Source: a virus
Lineage: Duplodnaviria; Caudoviricetes
DNA: 25,882 bases
Reading direction: 5' to 3' (one strand)
IMG/VR virus record: IMGVR_UViG_3300043205_000021
Location: 1 to 25,882 of that record
Shown one piece after another: positions 17,710 to 25,304 of the stretch (its first letter is position 1; the number at the start of each line of letters is the position of its first letter). The notes beneath the pieces were generated by a model. The model did no database searches and was not told the origin of the DNA. It was given only the letters and a program-made list of their open reading frames with translations. The translations under genes were made by a program, and so were the position numbers.

Positions 17710-18309
17710 TTATCCCGTCTTCTGGAATTTCACGACATTCGTGTTCAACAGGCCCTTTGGCGGCAATCGAGCTTCAGTCACTCCGATGTAGCCGAGCAAC
17801 TTGCCGCTTTCGTCGCGGATTGGTACGGCGACGGTGCCGCGCATGAGGCCTTTGTTGGCGAACCCGATACCAAGGGTTCGCGCCTCTTCTTGATTGAACC
17901 CTGCGGCTTCCACGGCGGGATGCGCCGCGTCCAGGTAGTCGAGGGGGGTGAGGCCGGATGGATTAGCCGCCTCTGGCCTCTGTGGGGCTGTGGGATGCTC
18001 CTTGCTAACTGTACTGTTCTGTACAGTAGCTTGTACCGTACCTTTGCCGAGAAGCTCTGCCGCTTCGGGAAGTTTGCAGTTGCGGACATGAGCGACCAAT
18101 TGGATTTGGTCGCCACCCGATTGCGAACCGAAGCAGTAGAAGAGATTTTTCGCGGGCGTGATTGCCAATGCCCGGTCGCCGCCTGTTTTGCAGAAGGGGC
18201 ATGGGCCGCGAAGCTGGTTGGCCGATTTGGCAACCTGCAAGCCGAGCATCTGCACAGCGTCTTCGATGGACACGGCTTCTTTCAAAGCCGCAAAGTCAAT
18301 GTACGGCAT
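17710..18309 (-). CDS. Primase-type (CHC2-like) zinc-finger protein lacking a TOPRIM domain (about 199 aa)
   Basis: GGAGG Shine-Dalgarno before MPYIDFAALK; RGPCPFC...FYCFGS..GGDQIQLV; C-terminal GTVAVPIRDESGKLLGYIG resembles the start of the DnaG core. Confidence 0.8.
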   Translation of the reverse strand: MPYIDFAALKEAVSIEDAVQMLGLQVAKSANQLRGPCPFCKTGGDRALAITPAKNLFYCFGSQSGGDQIQLVAHVRNCKLPEAAELLGKGTVQATVQNSTVSKEHPTAPQRPEAANPSGLTPLDYLDAAHPAVEAAGFNQEEARTLGIGFANKGLMRGTVAVPIRDESGKLLGYIGVTEARLPPKGLLNTNVVKFQKTG

Positions 18310-18375
18310 TGCCGCCTCCATGTTGATAGCGATGCGGGGATCTTCCTTCGCCATTGTATCATTGGAGACAGAGGG

Positions 18376-18490
18376 TCTTTGTTTGGAGTGTGAATTTCGG
18401 GGGCGGTCGGTGAGCGCGTGCGACCCTGTACGCCGAAAGGCGTTCAATAACGTGTTCGGCCTCCGACACTCGCACTCCAAACGCGAGAGA
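18376..18490 (+). ncRNA. Candidate structured leader or ncRNA
   Basis: GTTTGGAGTGTGA/TCGCACTCCAAAC and TCGGGGGC/GCCTCCGA stems with G-U pairs; ACGCC-GAAA-GGCGT GNRA hairpin. Confidence 0.5.
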
Positions 18491-18503
18491 AAGTGAGCTC
18501 GTC

Positions 18504-18686
18504 ATGGCCAAAGGCCAAACGCCCGATTTCAATGTCTGCGTGTCGCGCAAGGGAAGCGACGAAAAGACCTACTACACGACGGTGGGAGCTGGTTGGCTCG
18601 TCGCCAAAGACGGCATTTCAATTCAGCTTCAATGCCTGCCGGTGGACGGCAAGCTGGTGCTGTTCCCGAAGCGGGACGACGAGTAG
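18504..18686 (+). CDS. Small beta-rich protein (DUF736-like, possible ssDNA binder)
   Basis: KTYYTTVGAGW...DGISIQLQCLPVDGKLVLFP pattern; the family assignment is tentative. Confidence 0.65.
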   Translation: MAKGQTPDFNVCVSRKGSDEKTYYTTVGAGWLVAKDGISIQLQCLPVDGKLVLFPKRDDE

Positions 18687-18691
18687 CGCAG

Positions 18692-18775
18692 TTTGGGGTG
18701 GCGGAACCGGTAGACGCGCACGGCGGTTTACCGTGTGGCCGCGAGGTCGTGAAGGTTCGACCCCTTCCCCCAGAG
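18692..18775 (+). ncRNA. tRNA-like cloverleaf (type II, Leu/Ser-like body) with non-canonical anticodon loop and no encoded CCA
   Basis: Acceptor TTTGGGG/CCCCAGA; D arm GCGGAACCGGTAGACGC; anticodon arm CACGG-CGGTTTA-CCGTG; variable arm GGCC-GCGA-GGTC; T arm GAAGG-TTCGACC-CCTTC. Confidence 0.8.
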
Positions 18776-18780
18776 CGCTA

Positions 18781-18809
18781 AAACAAAGAGGCCCCTATTC
18801 AGGGGCCTC
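18781..18809. terminator. Terminator hairpin (U-tract stronger on the minus strand)
   Basis: GAGGCCCCT-attc-AGGGGCCTC. Confidence 0.7.
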
Positions 18810-18902
18810 CGTTCGTTGTCGGCGTGTGCACGGTGCAATTGACTCGACTCTGGCCGATAAGCCCGCGTAACGTTCAGGATCGCGGCTTTATTTCGGGGCG
18901 CT

Positions 18903-19484
18903 ATGATGGTCGAAAAGATTTGGGTATTTACGAGTAGTCCCGACGGGCCGTATGGGGTGCGGGACGGTAAGAACAATTTCTACATTCAATTTCGTCAGAA
19001 CATTTTGGTTACACGCTATCCCGTCCAAGATTTAGAGGAGTGGCCGTTCGAGGAAGGCGACCTATATGAGGTCGCAAAGAAGTTTGGGTGGGGACGCCGA
19101 GAGCTTGACTTGGTGTTGTTCTATCTGGGCAACAAAGTAGAGTGGCAACATTATGCAGATTTGAGGAAGTCGCGAGATGAAAATGAGATGTGGAACCCGG
19201 ACTACAAATTGACTGACGCAAACCGCAGACAATTTCGGGATGAGGGATTGGAGTTCCTAGAAACTAACCCGATGGAAAGGTTGGTGAGGGGAATGATGAA
19301 GTTCGAACAATTCGTGAAAGGTTTGTTCTTTAAGGGAGAAGCGCGGGAAGCCCTTCCAGAACCTACGTTTGAACAACTGAAATCGAGCGTTGAGCAAGGA
19401 ACGTCTCAAACTGTGAAGCAAGAGGAACCGAACCGGGAAGATGCGGTCGCAGAAGCAGTGAGAGAAGTGTTCCGCAAAGAATAA
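18903..19484 (+). CDS. Hypothetical protein (193 aa)
   Basis: Long ORF ending at a hairpin shared with the convergent gene; no family recognised. Confidence 0.7.
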   Translation: MMVEKIWVFTSSPDGPYGVRDGKNNFYIQFRQNILVTRYPVQDLEEWPFEEGDLYEVAKKFGWGRRELDLVLFYLGNKVEWQHYADLRKSRDENEMWNPDYKLTDANRRQFRDEGLEFLETNPMERLVRGMMKFEQFVKGLFFKGEAREALPEPTFEQLKSSVEQGTSQTVKQEEPNREDAVAEAVREVFRKE

Positions 19485-19507
19485 GGGGCCTATGAGGCCC
19501 CGGTTTT
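19485..19507. terminator. Hairpin between convergent genes
   Basis: GGGGCC-tatga-GGCCCC then GGTTTT. Confidence 0.5.
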
Positions 19508-19657
19508 CTCCTGTTGTTCGGACTGGCGTCTCGTCCACTTGCGCTTTGGCTTTTCGCCGCCGCTGAACATAAGGGCAATTTCAGCGTCAGTAGCCGCCAA
19601 TTCAGTTGCCAATGTCTCACGCTTATCCACCAGCTCGCGCACCCTTTGCATGTCCAT
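19490..19657 (-). CDS. 55-aa coiled-coil/basic protein coupled to the relaxase gene
   Basis: Not in ORF track; AAAGGAG Shine-Dalgarno; MDMQRVRELVDKRETLATELAATDAEIALMFSGGEKPKRKWTRRQSEQQEKTGAS. Confidence 0.7.
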   Translation of the reverse strand: MDMQRVRELVDKRETLATELAATDAEIALMFSGGEKPKRKWTRRQSEQQEKTGAS

Positions 19658-20600
19658 CGTCGTCTCCTTTGAGAAACTTAAGAATGTTGAATGTGCCCAT
19701 TGCGGTACGCCAGTCTTCCGTCACCATATGAGCGGTTGGAGGCGGAAAGTCGTCGTAGTGCAGAAAGTCGGGAAGCACCTTGACCAGGACGCGGTTGGAG
19801 AGGTGGGGGTATTTGGTTTTCACGCGATGGAGGAAGTTATCCGCGCGGTCTGGATTGATAAACACCCACGCGGCACTGGCATTGGAGATACCGTAGCGAT
19901 TACGGAATCCACCACTCGTTAGATACGCCGCTTGCCTGTCGAGCTTGCCTTCCAACGTCTGTCGGTCGTCGGTCTTGCCATTGTTCTCCGTGCCGCGGTC
20001 GGCCTCGAACGGATGGATGTAGAAGTATCGTTTAGAACCGTCAGGACGCGTGTATTCAAAGCCGAATAGCGGTGCATCGGGACGAATGTGATGCTCGGGG
20101 ACTTCGGAGTTGATTTCGAGGTTGAGGCCACTGTGGGCTATGACATCTTGAAGGGTGCGCTTCTTTAAGTTCGGAATTTCGATCTCAGCGTAGTCAAAAG
20201 AGTAAAAAGCTACCTGAGCTAAATAGTCGTGGTCGAAGCTACTGCTACCAAGTTTTTCAAAATTGCGAAGCCTGCCTGCGCTTTCAAGCATGCGATACCC
20301 ACGGGGTGCAACGACCCAAGGGCGATAGCGATAAAGCGCATTGCGGTTGTTGTAGCCGTTGGGAATGCAAATAAGGTGAGCCTTGGCTAAGAGATTTAGG
20401 CGATCGTCAATGTAGTCAGGCGTGCTGAAGGGAGCGGTGCGAATGTAGGCACTCGGAAGAATACGGCCCTGAAGAAAATCCAGAACGTCAAGGTCAGTGG
20501 CCGTGGGGTCAAGCTTGATGAGGGGCTTGGGTGCCCTATCAGCAAGGGGATTATATCGTTGTTGCCTGCGCTCCATTTTGGAGCGTATAGGGGAAGCCAT
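19623..20600 (-). CDS. Replication-relaxation (Replic_Relax, MOBC-like) relaxase/initiator
   Basis: N-terminal wHTH (TDLDVLDFL...RLNLLAKAHLI), FDHDYL, and PD-(D/E)xK-type IRPDA...FEADRGTE...KLDRQAAY. Confidence 0.8.
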   Translation of the reverse strand: MASPIRSKMERRQQRYNPLADRAPKPLIKLDPTATDLDVLDFLQGRILPSAYIRTAPFSTPDYIDDRLNLLAKAHLICIPNGYNNRNALYRYRPWVVAPRGYRMLESAGRLRNFEKLGSSSFDHDYLAQVAFYSFDYAEIEIPNLKKRTLQDVIAHSGLNLEINSEVPEHHIRPDAPLFGFEYTRPDGSKRYFYIHPFEADRGTENNGKTDDRQTLEGKLDRQAAYLTSGGFRNRYGISNASAAWVFINPDRADNFLHRVKTKYPHLSNRVLVKVLPDFLHYDDFPPPTAHMVTEDWRTAMGTFNILKFLKGDDDGHAKGARAGG

Positions 20601-20621
20601 AAAAAATTAAAAGATGGGGAC

Positions 20622-20637
20622 GTGCACCGTGGTGCAC
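20622..20637. repeat. Inverted repeat GTGCACC-GT-GGTGCAC, candidate oriT or operator
   Basis: Lies in the 63-bp gap between the coupling-protein and relaxase genes. Confidence 0.5.
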
Positions 20638-20663
20638 TACGTACATTGTATCGTGAAATAAAA

Positions 20664-22541
20664 TTATGGCTTGTCGAAAGTTTGTGAGACGGGTTCCGGC
20701 TGGGATGGCTGAGTGACTGGGCGAAGACCGTACTTTTCGTCCATCCGTTTGCGCATTGCCACATACTCGGGACGCGTCATATGCAACTCGTCCTTTTCAA
20801 ATGAGTATGGATTGACGGGAATAGTGAAGTCGCGTCTGCGGGTCTTTACGTCTACGCGTTTAATGTCGGGGCAATTGCTCTTAAGACCCGCTTGCCTGAG
20901 AGATGCTTGAATGCGGGGGTCGATCTGCTCCTCGTGATGATGAGCTACGGTCATCGAAATCTTCTGTGCCCTGGCTTTTTCCAGGATGTCAGCGAAGCGC
21001 ATATCATCTTTGATGTAGTCGTGGGCTTCATCGAGAACGACAAAGATGGGCTTGAGCTTGTTCTCGTCCAGGCGAGTTCTGCGGGATGAAAGCTGGTCGA
21101 GCAGAGCAATAAAAAGCCGCCCCAGGACATTCGTCGCCTCGGGGCTGTCGTTGCCTCTATCGGTATCCACCAAAAGCACCTTGCCCCCTTCGTGCAGGAA
21201 GTCGAAGAGGTCGAGGGCACACCTATCGGCATTGAGCATGGTGCAGAGCGTCTCATTCTCCTTAATAAAGTTGGTGATACGGGTGTGCAGGCCGCTCCTG
21301 GTTAGGGGAGGAATACGCTGGAAGGCATTGCGAAAGTAGTCTTGGGTATCGGGGTCAAACTTGAAAAAGCGATCGGGCAACTCGTCCTTTTTGAGATTAA
21401 AGAAATCGCGGATAGTCCGGAGGGTTGGGTTGGGGTAGGCGGCGGCGGCGTCGATGAGGAAGGTCAGGGCGCCAGTTTGTAAGTCGCTCGCGTCGGAAAT
21501 GCTCGCGAGCATGTAGCGCATAACATCTTTGGCTTGCTTGCGCGGCAAGTAAAACGGATTGAGGGCTATAGGGTGTTCTGGGTCTACGATGAGAACGCGA
21601 TCTTTCAGCTCGCCCAATACACTGAGCGTCCGCATTTCGGTAATGAGCTTCTTGCTATCTATAACCACGAGGGAACATTCCCAGTTCTTCACGCGCTCTA
21701 AGTCAGCTTTGATGAAGTGACGAAGGTAGGTGGTTTTGCCGGTACCATTGTGGCCTAAACACCAATGATGAGTGCAACGCGTCTCATCGTCAAATCCGAA
21801 AGGGATGTACGTTTGGAACAATTGATCGAACGGCGTTTGCTGGAAGTAGAGGTGTGCAATCTTTTGTCGCGGCCAGTCGCTCTTAAAGTGTTGAGGATAG
21901 ACCGGGGCTTCGCCGCCTCCAGCTTTCACACAGTTATTTTGGAATTGAGCCCACAAGCCATAACAGCCTGAAAGTTGAGCGTTTCGAAATGGAGAGAACA
22001 TGCCCCACGTGGCACCCGGTAAATCAATGACCTCGGCGATTGGGAGTGTGAATTGCGGAGTGGGGTAGGTGGGTAGCAGGTCGATAAACGCCTTGTAGGA
22101 TTGGGCGAATGCACGTGCGATACCGGCCTCGTCAAAGACAGCCATTCGGTGTGCGTCGCGTTCAAGTTCCTGTTTATTTGTCGGCGGCGGTAGCGTAGGT
22201 GGGAGAGAGTGCTGATAAACAGCGTAGACCGCATCGAGCATAATCTTGGTGAGGAATGGCGACGGGGTCTCGCGCCCACTTTCTTTGACCGATGCGAAAA
22301 AAGCGCGAGTGAATTTAACGAGAAAATCTTTGGGAGAAAGGACAGTCTTTTGGGCTTGCCGGGTAAGAGTTTCAAGTTCTTTGCGTTCTTGGCGGGCGAT
22401 GCGCTGTTGCTCCTCAAGCGCTTTGGACGTGGCGGCTTCACGGTTGGTGCGGTCAAGTTCCTTGCGCTTTAAATGCTTCATTAATTGGTAGATGCCAGGC
22501 GAAATCCAGGCAAGGAATAGTAGGCCGAAGAAAGTCCACAT
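20664..22541 (-). CDS. VirD4/TraD/TrwB-like type IV coupling ATPase
   Basis: N-terminal TM segment; Walker A GHNGTGKT; VVIDSK; LNPF; Walker B VVLDEAH; ILEKARAQKISMTVAHH..EQI. Confidence 0.82.
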   Translation of the reverse strand: MWTFFGLLFLAWISPGIYQLMKHLKRKELDRTNREAATSKALEEQQRIARQERKELETLTRQAQKTVLSPKDFLVKFTRAFFASVKESGRETPSPFLTKIMLDAVYAVYQHSLPPTLPPPTNKQELERDAHRMAVFDEAGIARAFAQSYKAFIDLLPTYPTPQFTLPIAEVIDLPGATWGMFSPFRNAQLSGCYGLWAQFQNNCVKAGGGEAPVYPQHFKSDWPRQKIAHLYFQQTPFDQLFQTYIPFGFDDETRCTHHWCLGHNGTGKTTYLRHFIKADLERVKNWECSLVVIDSKKLITEMRTLSVLGELKDRVLIVDPEHPIALNPFYLPRKQAKDVMRYMLASISDASDLQTGALTFLIDAAAAYPNPTLRTIRDFFNLKKDELPDRFFKFDPDTQDYFRNAFQRIPPLTRSGLHTRITNFIKENETLCTMLNADRCALDLFDFLHEGGKVLLVDTDRGNDSPEATNVLGRLFIALLDQLSSRRTRLDENKLKPIFVVLDEAHDYIKDDMRFADILEKARAQKISMTVAHHHEEQIDPRIQASLRQAGLKSNCPDIKRVDVKTRRRDFTIPVNPYSFEKDELHMTRPEYVAMRKRMDEKYGLRPVTQPSQPEPVSQTFDKP

Positions 22542-22553
22542 CAGCGCCAGAGC

Positions 22554-23324
22554 CTAGGTTGAAGTCGGCAGGAACTCGTCACCCTCAAGACCCACGATGT
22601 TACGCGGTTCGGTGTGTTTTGTGTAGATGATAAGTCGTTCCGCATCCTCCAGTGTTGTCCTATAAATCGTTTTGTCCTTTATGCCGAGAAGTGCTTGTTG
22701 AAGCTTCGGCGGGACTTCGGAGAGGGAAGTAAGGGCCGCGGTGAGGCGATTTTGGCGAATGAAGGCGGTATAAAAGTCACGGCCATAAAAGCCAAAGTCA
22801 GGGACAATCACCTGTCCTTGATACTGTCCAATTAGTAGACTGGCGAGTACGAAAGCGTCAAAATCCCCCAGCTCGGCCCGGTCTATCCTCGCCACCACAG
22901 AACCTTTGAACGAGAAATTAGTAGGGTTGCAAAGTACCCGTCTGAGCACCGGGGAAAGCAGTAGGTCCTCGATTGTTGCGAGGGCCTCGGCGTCAGCCTC
23001 GCCAGAGGATTTGAGGTGATCTAGCCTGCCTGGATTATCCAGCAACAGTCGGGTCAAAGCTCGTTTGCCGTTGCGAACGGTGAGCGTGTTTTCCCCTTGT
23101 GGGGAAGCGGTGTAGACAGCGGCGGCAAAATCCCGCGCACGTTTGTAATCCATCCCTCGAAGGGGATTGAAGCTGTGAACGGTAGGGTCAAATAGTTTCG
23201 CGCGGGGAAAGGTCTCAAGAAAAGCATCGGCGATCGGGCCGTCGTCAATAAGTAAAAACGGTGGTTGTGCAATTTGTAAAAGCCGTTCTGTTTTGTCGGC
23301 GTTGCCGATTAGAAGTGCATTCAT
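22554..23324 (-). CDS. Degenerate coupling-protein-like (inactive P-loop) protein
   Basis: LLIGNADKT (eroded Walker A), LLIDDG, SFNPL, LGDFDAFVLASLLI, VIVPDF (eroded Walker B), in the same order as in the neighbouring ATPase. Confidence 0.6.
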   Translation of the reverse strand: MNALLIGNADKTERLLQIAQPPFLLIDDGPIADAFLETFPRAKLFDPTVHSFNPLRGMDYKRARDFAAAVYTASPQGENTLTVRNGKRALTRLLLDNPGRLDHLKSSGEADAEALATIEDLLLSPVLRRVLCNPTNFSFKGSVVARIDRAELGDFDAFVLASLLIGQYQGQVIVPDFGFYGRDFYTAFIRQNRLTAALTSLSEVPPKLQQALLGIKDKTIYRTTLEDAERLIIYTKHTEPRNIVGLEGDEFLPTST

Positions 23325-23425
23325 TTGGGTGGAGCAATCGCGGTGAGTAGAGCCTGTGCCTTTCAGGGAATGCTCACGGGACGCTCCACCGCTAAAGGTA
23401 CTGTCCAGTAGAAATTATACAACGC

Positions 23426-23447
23426 AAAAGCCGCCGATTGCGGCGGC
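23426..23447 (-). terminator. Intrinsic terminator
   Basis: GCCGCCG-caat-CGGCGGC-TTTT. Confidence 0.7.
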
Positions 23448-23542
23448 GGCATTGCGGGTTATTTAGAGGTTCTCCCAAACAATGTGCCACTGCGAATCAG
23501 CGGCGGTCGTGAGCTTTGTGCGACTGTGTACGAGTATAGCAC

Positions 23543-23745
23543 CTAGTGGTAACTCCGCCCAACTTGTCCGTCGTGCGCGCATGCGCCGACCCAATGGACT
23601 TTACCCTGAGTGGCGACTCTTGGAGTCTGTGTCTGAAAGGAGCGACGGCGACTATAAGACCAGATGAAGGGCATTGGGTCGGGGCGTAAGCCACGCGGCA
23701 AGTTGTGGCGGAATCGTTGGCCTGTCGGCGTTTCTACGCCGCAGG
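23543..23745 (+). other. Long rod-like foldback of about 180 nt plus a 3' hairpin (ncRNA or single-strand DNA element)
   Basis: Nested TCCGCC/GGCGGA, CAACTTGTC/GGCAAGTTG, CCGACCCAATG/CATTGGGTCGG; then CCTG.CGGCG/CGCCGCAGG. Confidence 0.6.
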
Positions 23746-23781
23746 GAATGTTCTAACAGGAAGCATATGTGTAGGAATATG

Positions 23782-23810
23782 AAGAAGGGCCGGGTTTTGA
23801 TGCCCGGCCC
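23782..23810 (-). terminator. Terminator after the AlpA/Xis gene
   Basis: GGGCCGGG/CCCGGCCC stem followed by TTCTT on the minus strand. Confidence 0.65.
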
Positions 23811-23817
23811 CCCACTT

Positions 23818-24099
23818 TCAGCTCGTCGTCACGAGCCGCAGTCCTTCTTTCGAAGGCGCGGTGCGAGCTGCTTTGCGTGCCGCGTCCCAGGCGTCAACTT
23901 CGTCAACCGGGAAGCCGATGCGACAGTTGCTTCGCTTCTTTCCCCCGAGCTTGTTGCTTGATGTGTGAACAGGCCCAAGGTGTACTCGTTGCGGAAAGCC
24001 ACAGTAGTCATCGGACTTAGGGTCTTCCCACCTGCCGATAGTTGGGCGAGAGACGTTGAACATCTGGCAGACTTCGCGCATCGTGAAGTACAGCTTCAT
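23818..24099 (-). CDS. AlpA/excisionase-like HTH protein (about 93 aa)
   Basis: ATG 24099 with GAAGGA Shine-Dalgarno; FTMREVCQMFNVSRPTIGRWE...GFPQRVHLG...RIGFPVDEVDAW. Confidence 0.85.
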   Translation of the reverse strand: MKLYFTMREVCQMFNVSRPTIGRWEDPKSDDYCGFPQRVHLGPVHTSSNKLGGKKRSNCRIGFPVDEVDAWDAARKAARTAPSKEGLRLVTTS

Positions 24100-24194
24100 G
24101 ACACTTCCTTCGTGAAGAAGGGCAGTGCCATGGCGCACGCTCGGTTGCCCGATACGAGACGCGAAGCGAATCTATCAAAAAGGAAAGGGCCGCA

Positions 24195-25304
24195 CTAGGC
24201 GGCCCGGAGTACTGTGGAAAGGTGGGCGTCGAAGCTCTCGATCGCCACCCGCATTTCCTTGATGTAGGTGTGACGGTCGTAGATGAGTTCTACGTCGGTC
24301 GTCACCGCGGCGGCGTGATTTATAAGCCGCTCGCCGACGCTCGAAAGCGTGCCAATCTCGCCGTGGATCGTGCGAAAAGTTCGGCGCAAATCGTGCAACG
24401 TGTAGCCCTTAACAGTGCTGTAACTGTCGAGGTCTTTCTTGTACTTGCTCCACCCCGAAATGGGCCTCTCATCGCTAACCCGTGAAGGAAACAGTAGGTC
24501 AGTAGAGTTGAGGCGCGGTACGGTTTCGAGGATCGCGGCAGTCGTATCCCCGTAAGGGAACACGTGCTCTTTGTGGTTTTTGGTCAGCCAATCGGGGAGG
24601 GTGATGAGCCTGTCCCGCTCGTTAATCCAAGGCCACCGGAGATTGGCAATTTCACCCCTTCGCTGGCCCGTAGTGATGAGAAGCTGGGTGAGGATGCCGT
24701 GGGGGTAGCCCTGCGACCCTGCGGCCTTCCAGACACCTCGTAGCTCGATTTCAGACAGTACCCTTTTACGCTTCTTGGGAAGTGGGATCTGAATCCCTTC
24801 AAGGGGACTGTGGGGAATGTACCGGCGCGGCGGCCGAACGCACCACCGCAGGAAGATACGGGCCACGGTTAGGGCGTGGTTGGCTTCTCCCTTTGGGCGA
24901 CCCTTTACACACTCGATAACCTCCTCGTAGGTCAGATTGGGAAGCCGCTTGCGCTTGAGAGTCGGAAGAAAGTGCTTCTCGATGAGGCGTCGATACTCCG
25001 CCTGTACACGGGGCCGCTTGCCTTCAAGGGTGAGCTTGTAGGCGTCGTAGGCTTCCTCAAAGGCAACACGGTCATTCTTCGTGACCGTCTGTTGAAGCAA
25101 GCCCTTGGCCTCTTTGCGGGCGTCTGCGAGGCTCTTAGCCGGGTAATGCCCGATTGTGGTTCGAAGCCGTTGCGTGCCTCGAATAACGAACCAGGTCTTA
25201 CGATGCTTGCCGACGCGAATACCAAACGCGGGCGTCGTAGTGTCAAAGTGCTCGCCGATTTCCTGAAGGCGAGACACCGCTAGATCGGTGAAGTGAAGCT
25301 TCAT
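24195..25304 (-). CDS. int: Tyrosine integrase with N-terminal arm-binding domain (about 369 aa)
   Basis: TGQRRGE (R), TKN (K), HDLRR, INH, IYD (Y); N-terminal FGIRVG...KTWFV...TIGHYPAKSLADAR. Confidence 0.95.
   Translation of the reverse strand: MKLHFTDLAVSRLQEIGEHFDTTTPAFGIRVGKHRKTWFVIRGTQRLRTTIGHYPAKSLADARKEAKGLLQQTVTKNDRVAFEEAYDAYKLTLEGKRPRVQAEYRRLIEKHFLPTLKRKRLPNLTYEEVIECVKGRPKGEANHALTVARIFLRWCVRPPRRYIPHSPLEGIQIPLPKKRKRVLSEIELRGVWKAAGSQGYPHGILTQLLITTGQRRGEIANLRWPWINERDRLITLPDWLTKNHKEHVFPYGDTTAAILETVPRLNSTDLLFPSRVSDERPISGWSKYKKDLDSYSTVKGYTLHDLRRTFRTIHGEIGTLSSVGERLINHAAAVTTDVELIYDRHTYIKEMRVAIESFDAHLSTVLRAA

Noticed and set aside
18692-18775. Suppressor tRNA / stop-codon recoding
   Set aside because: UUA falls at loop positions 36-38, not 34-36, and TAA, TAG and TGA all end well-formed genes in the window
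20664-22541. Self-transmissible ICE
   Set aside because: No VirB4/VirB6/pilin-type mating-pair genes in the window, so it is at most mobilisable; the unseen left part cannot be assessed
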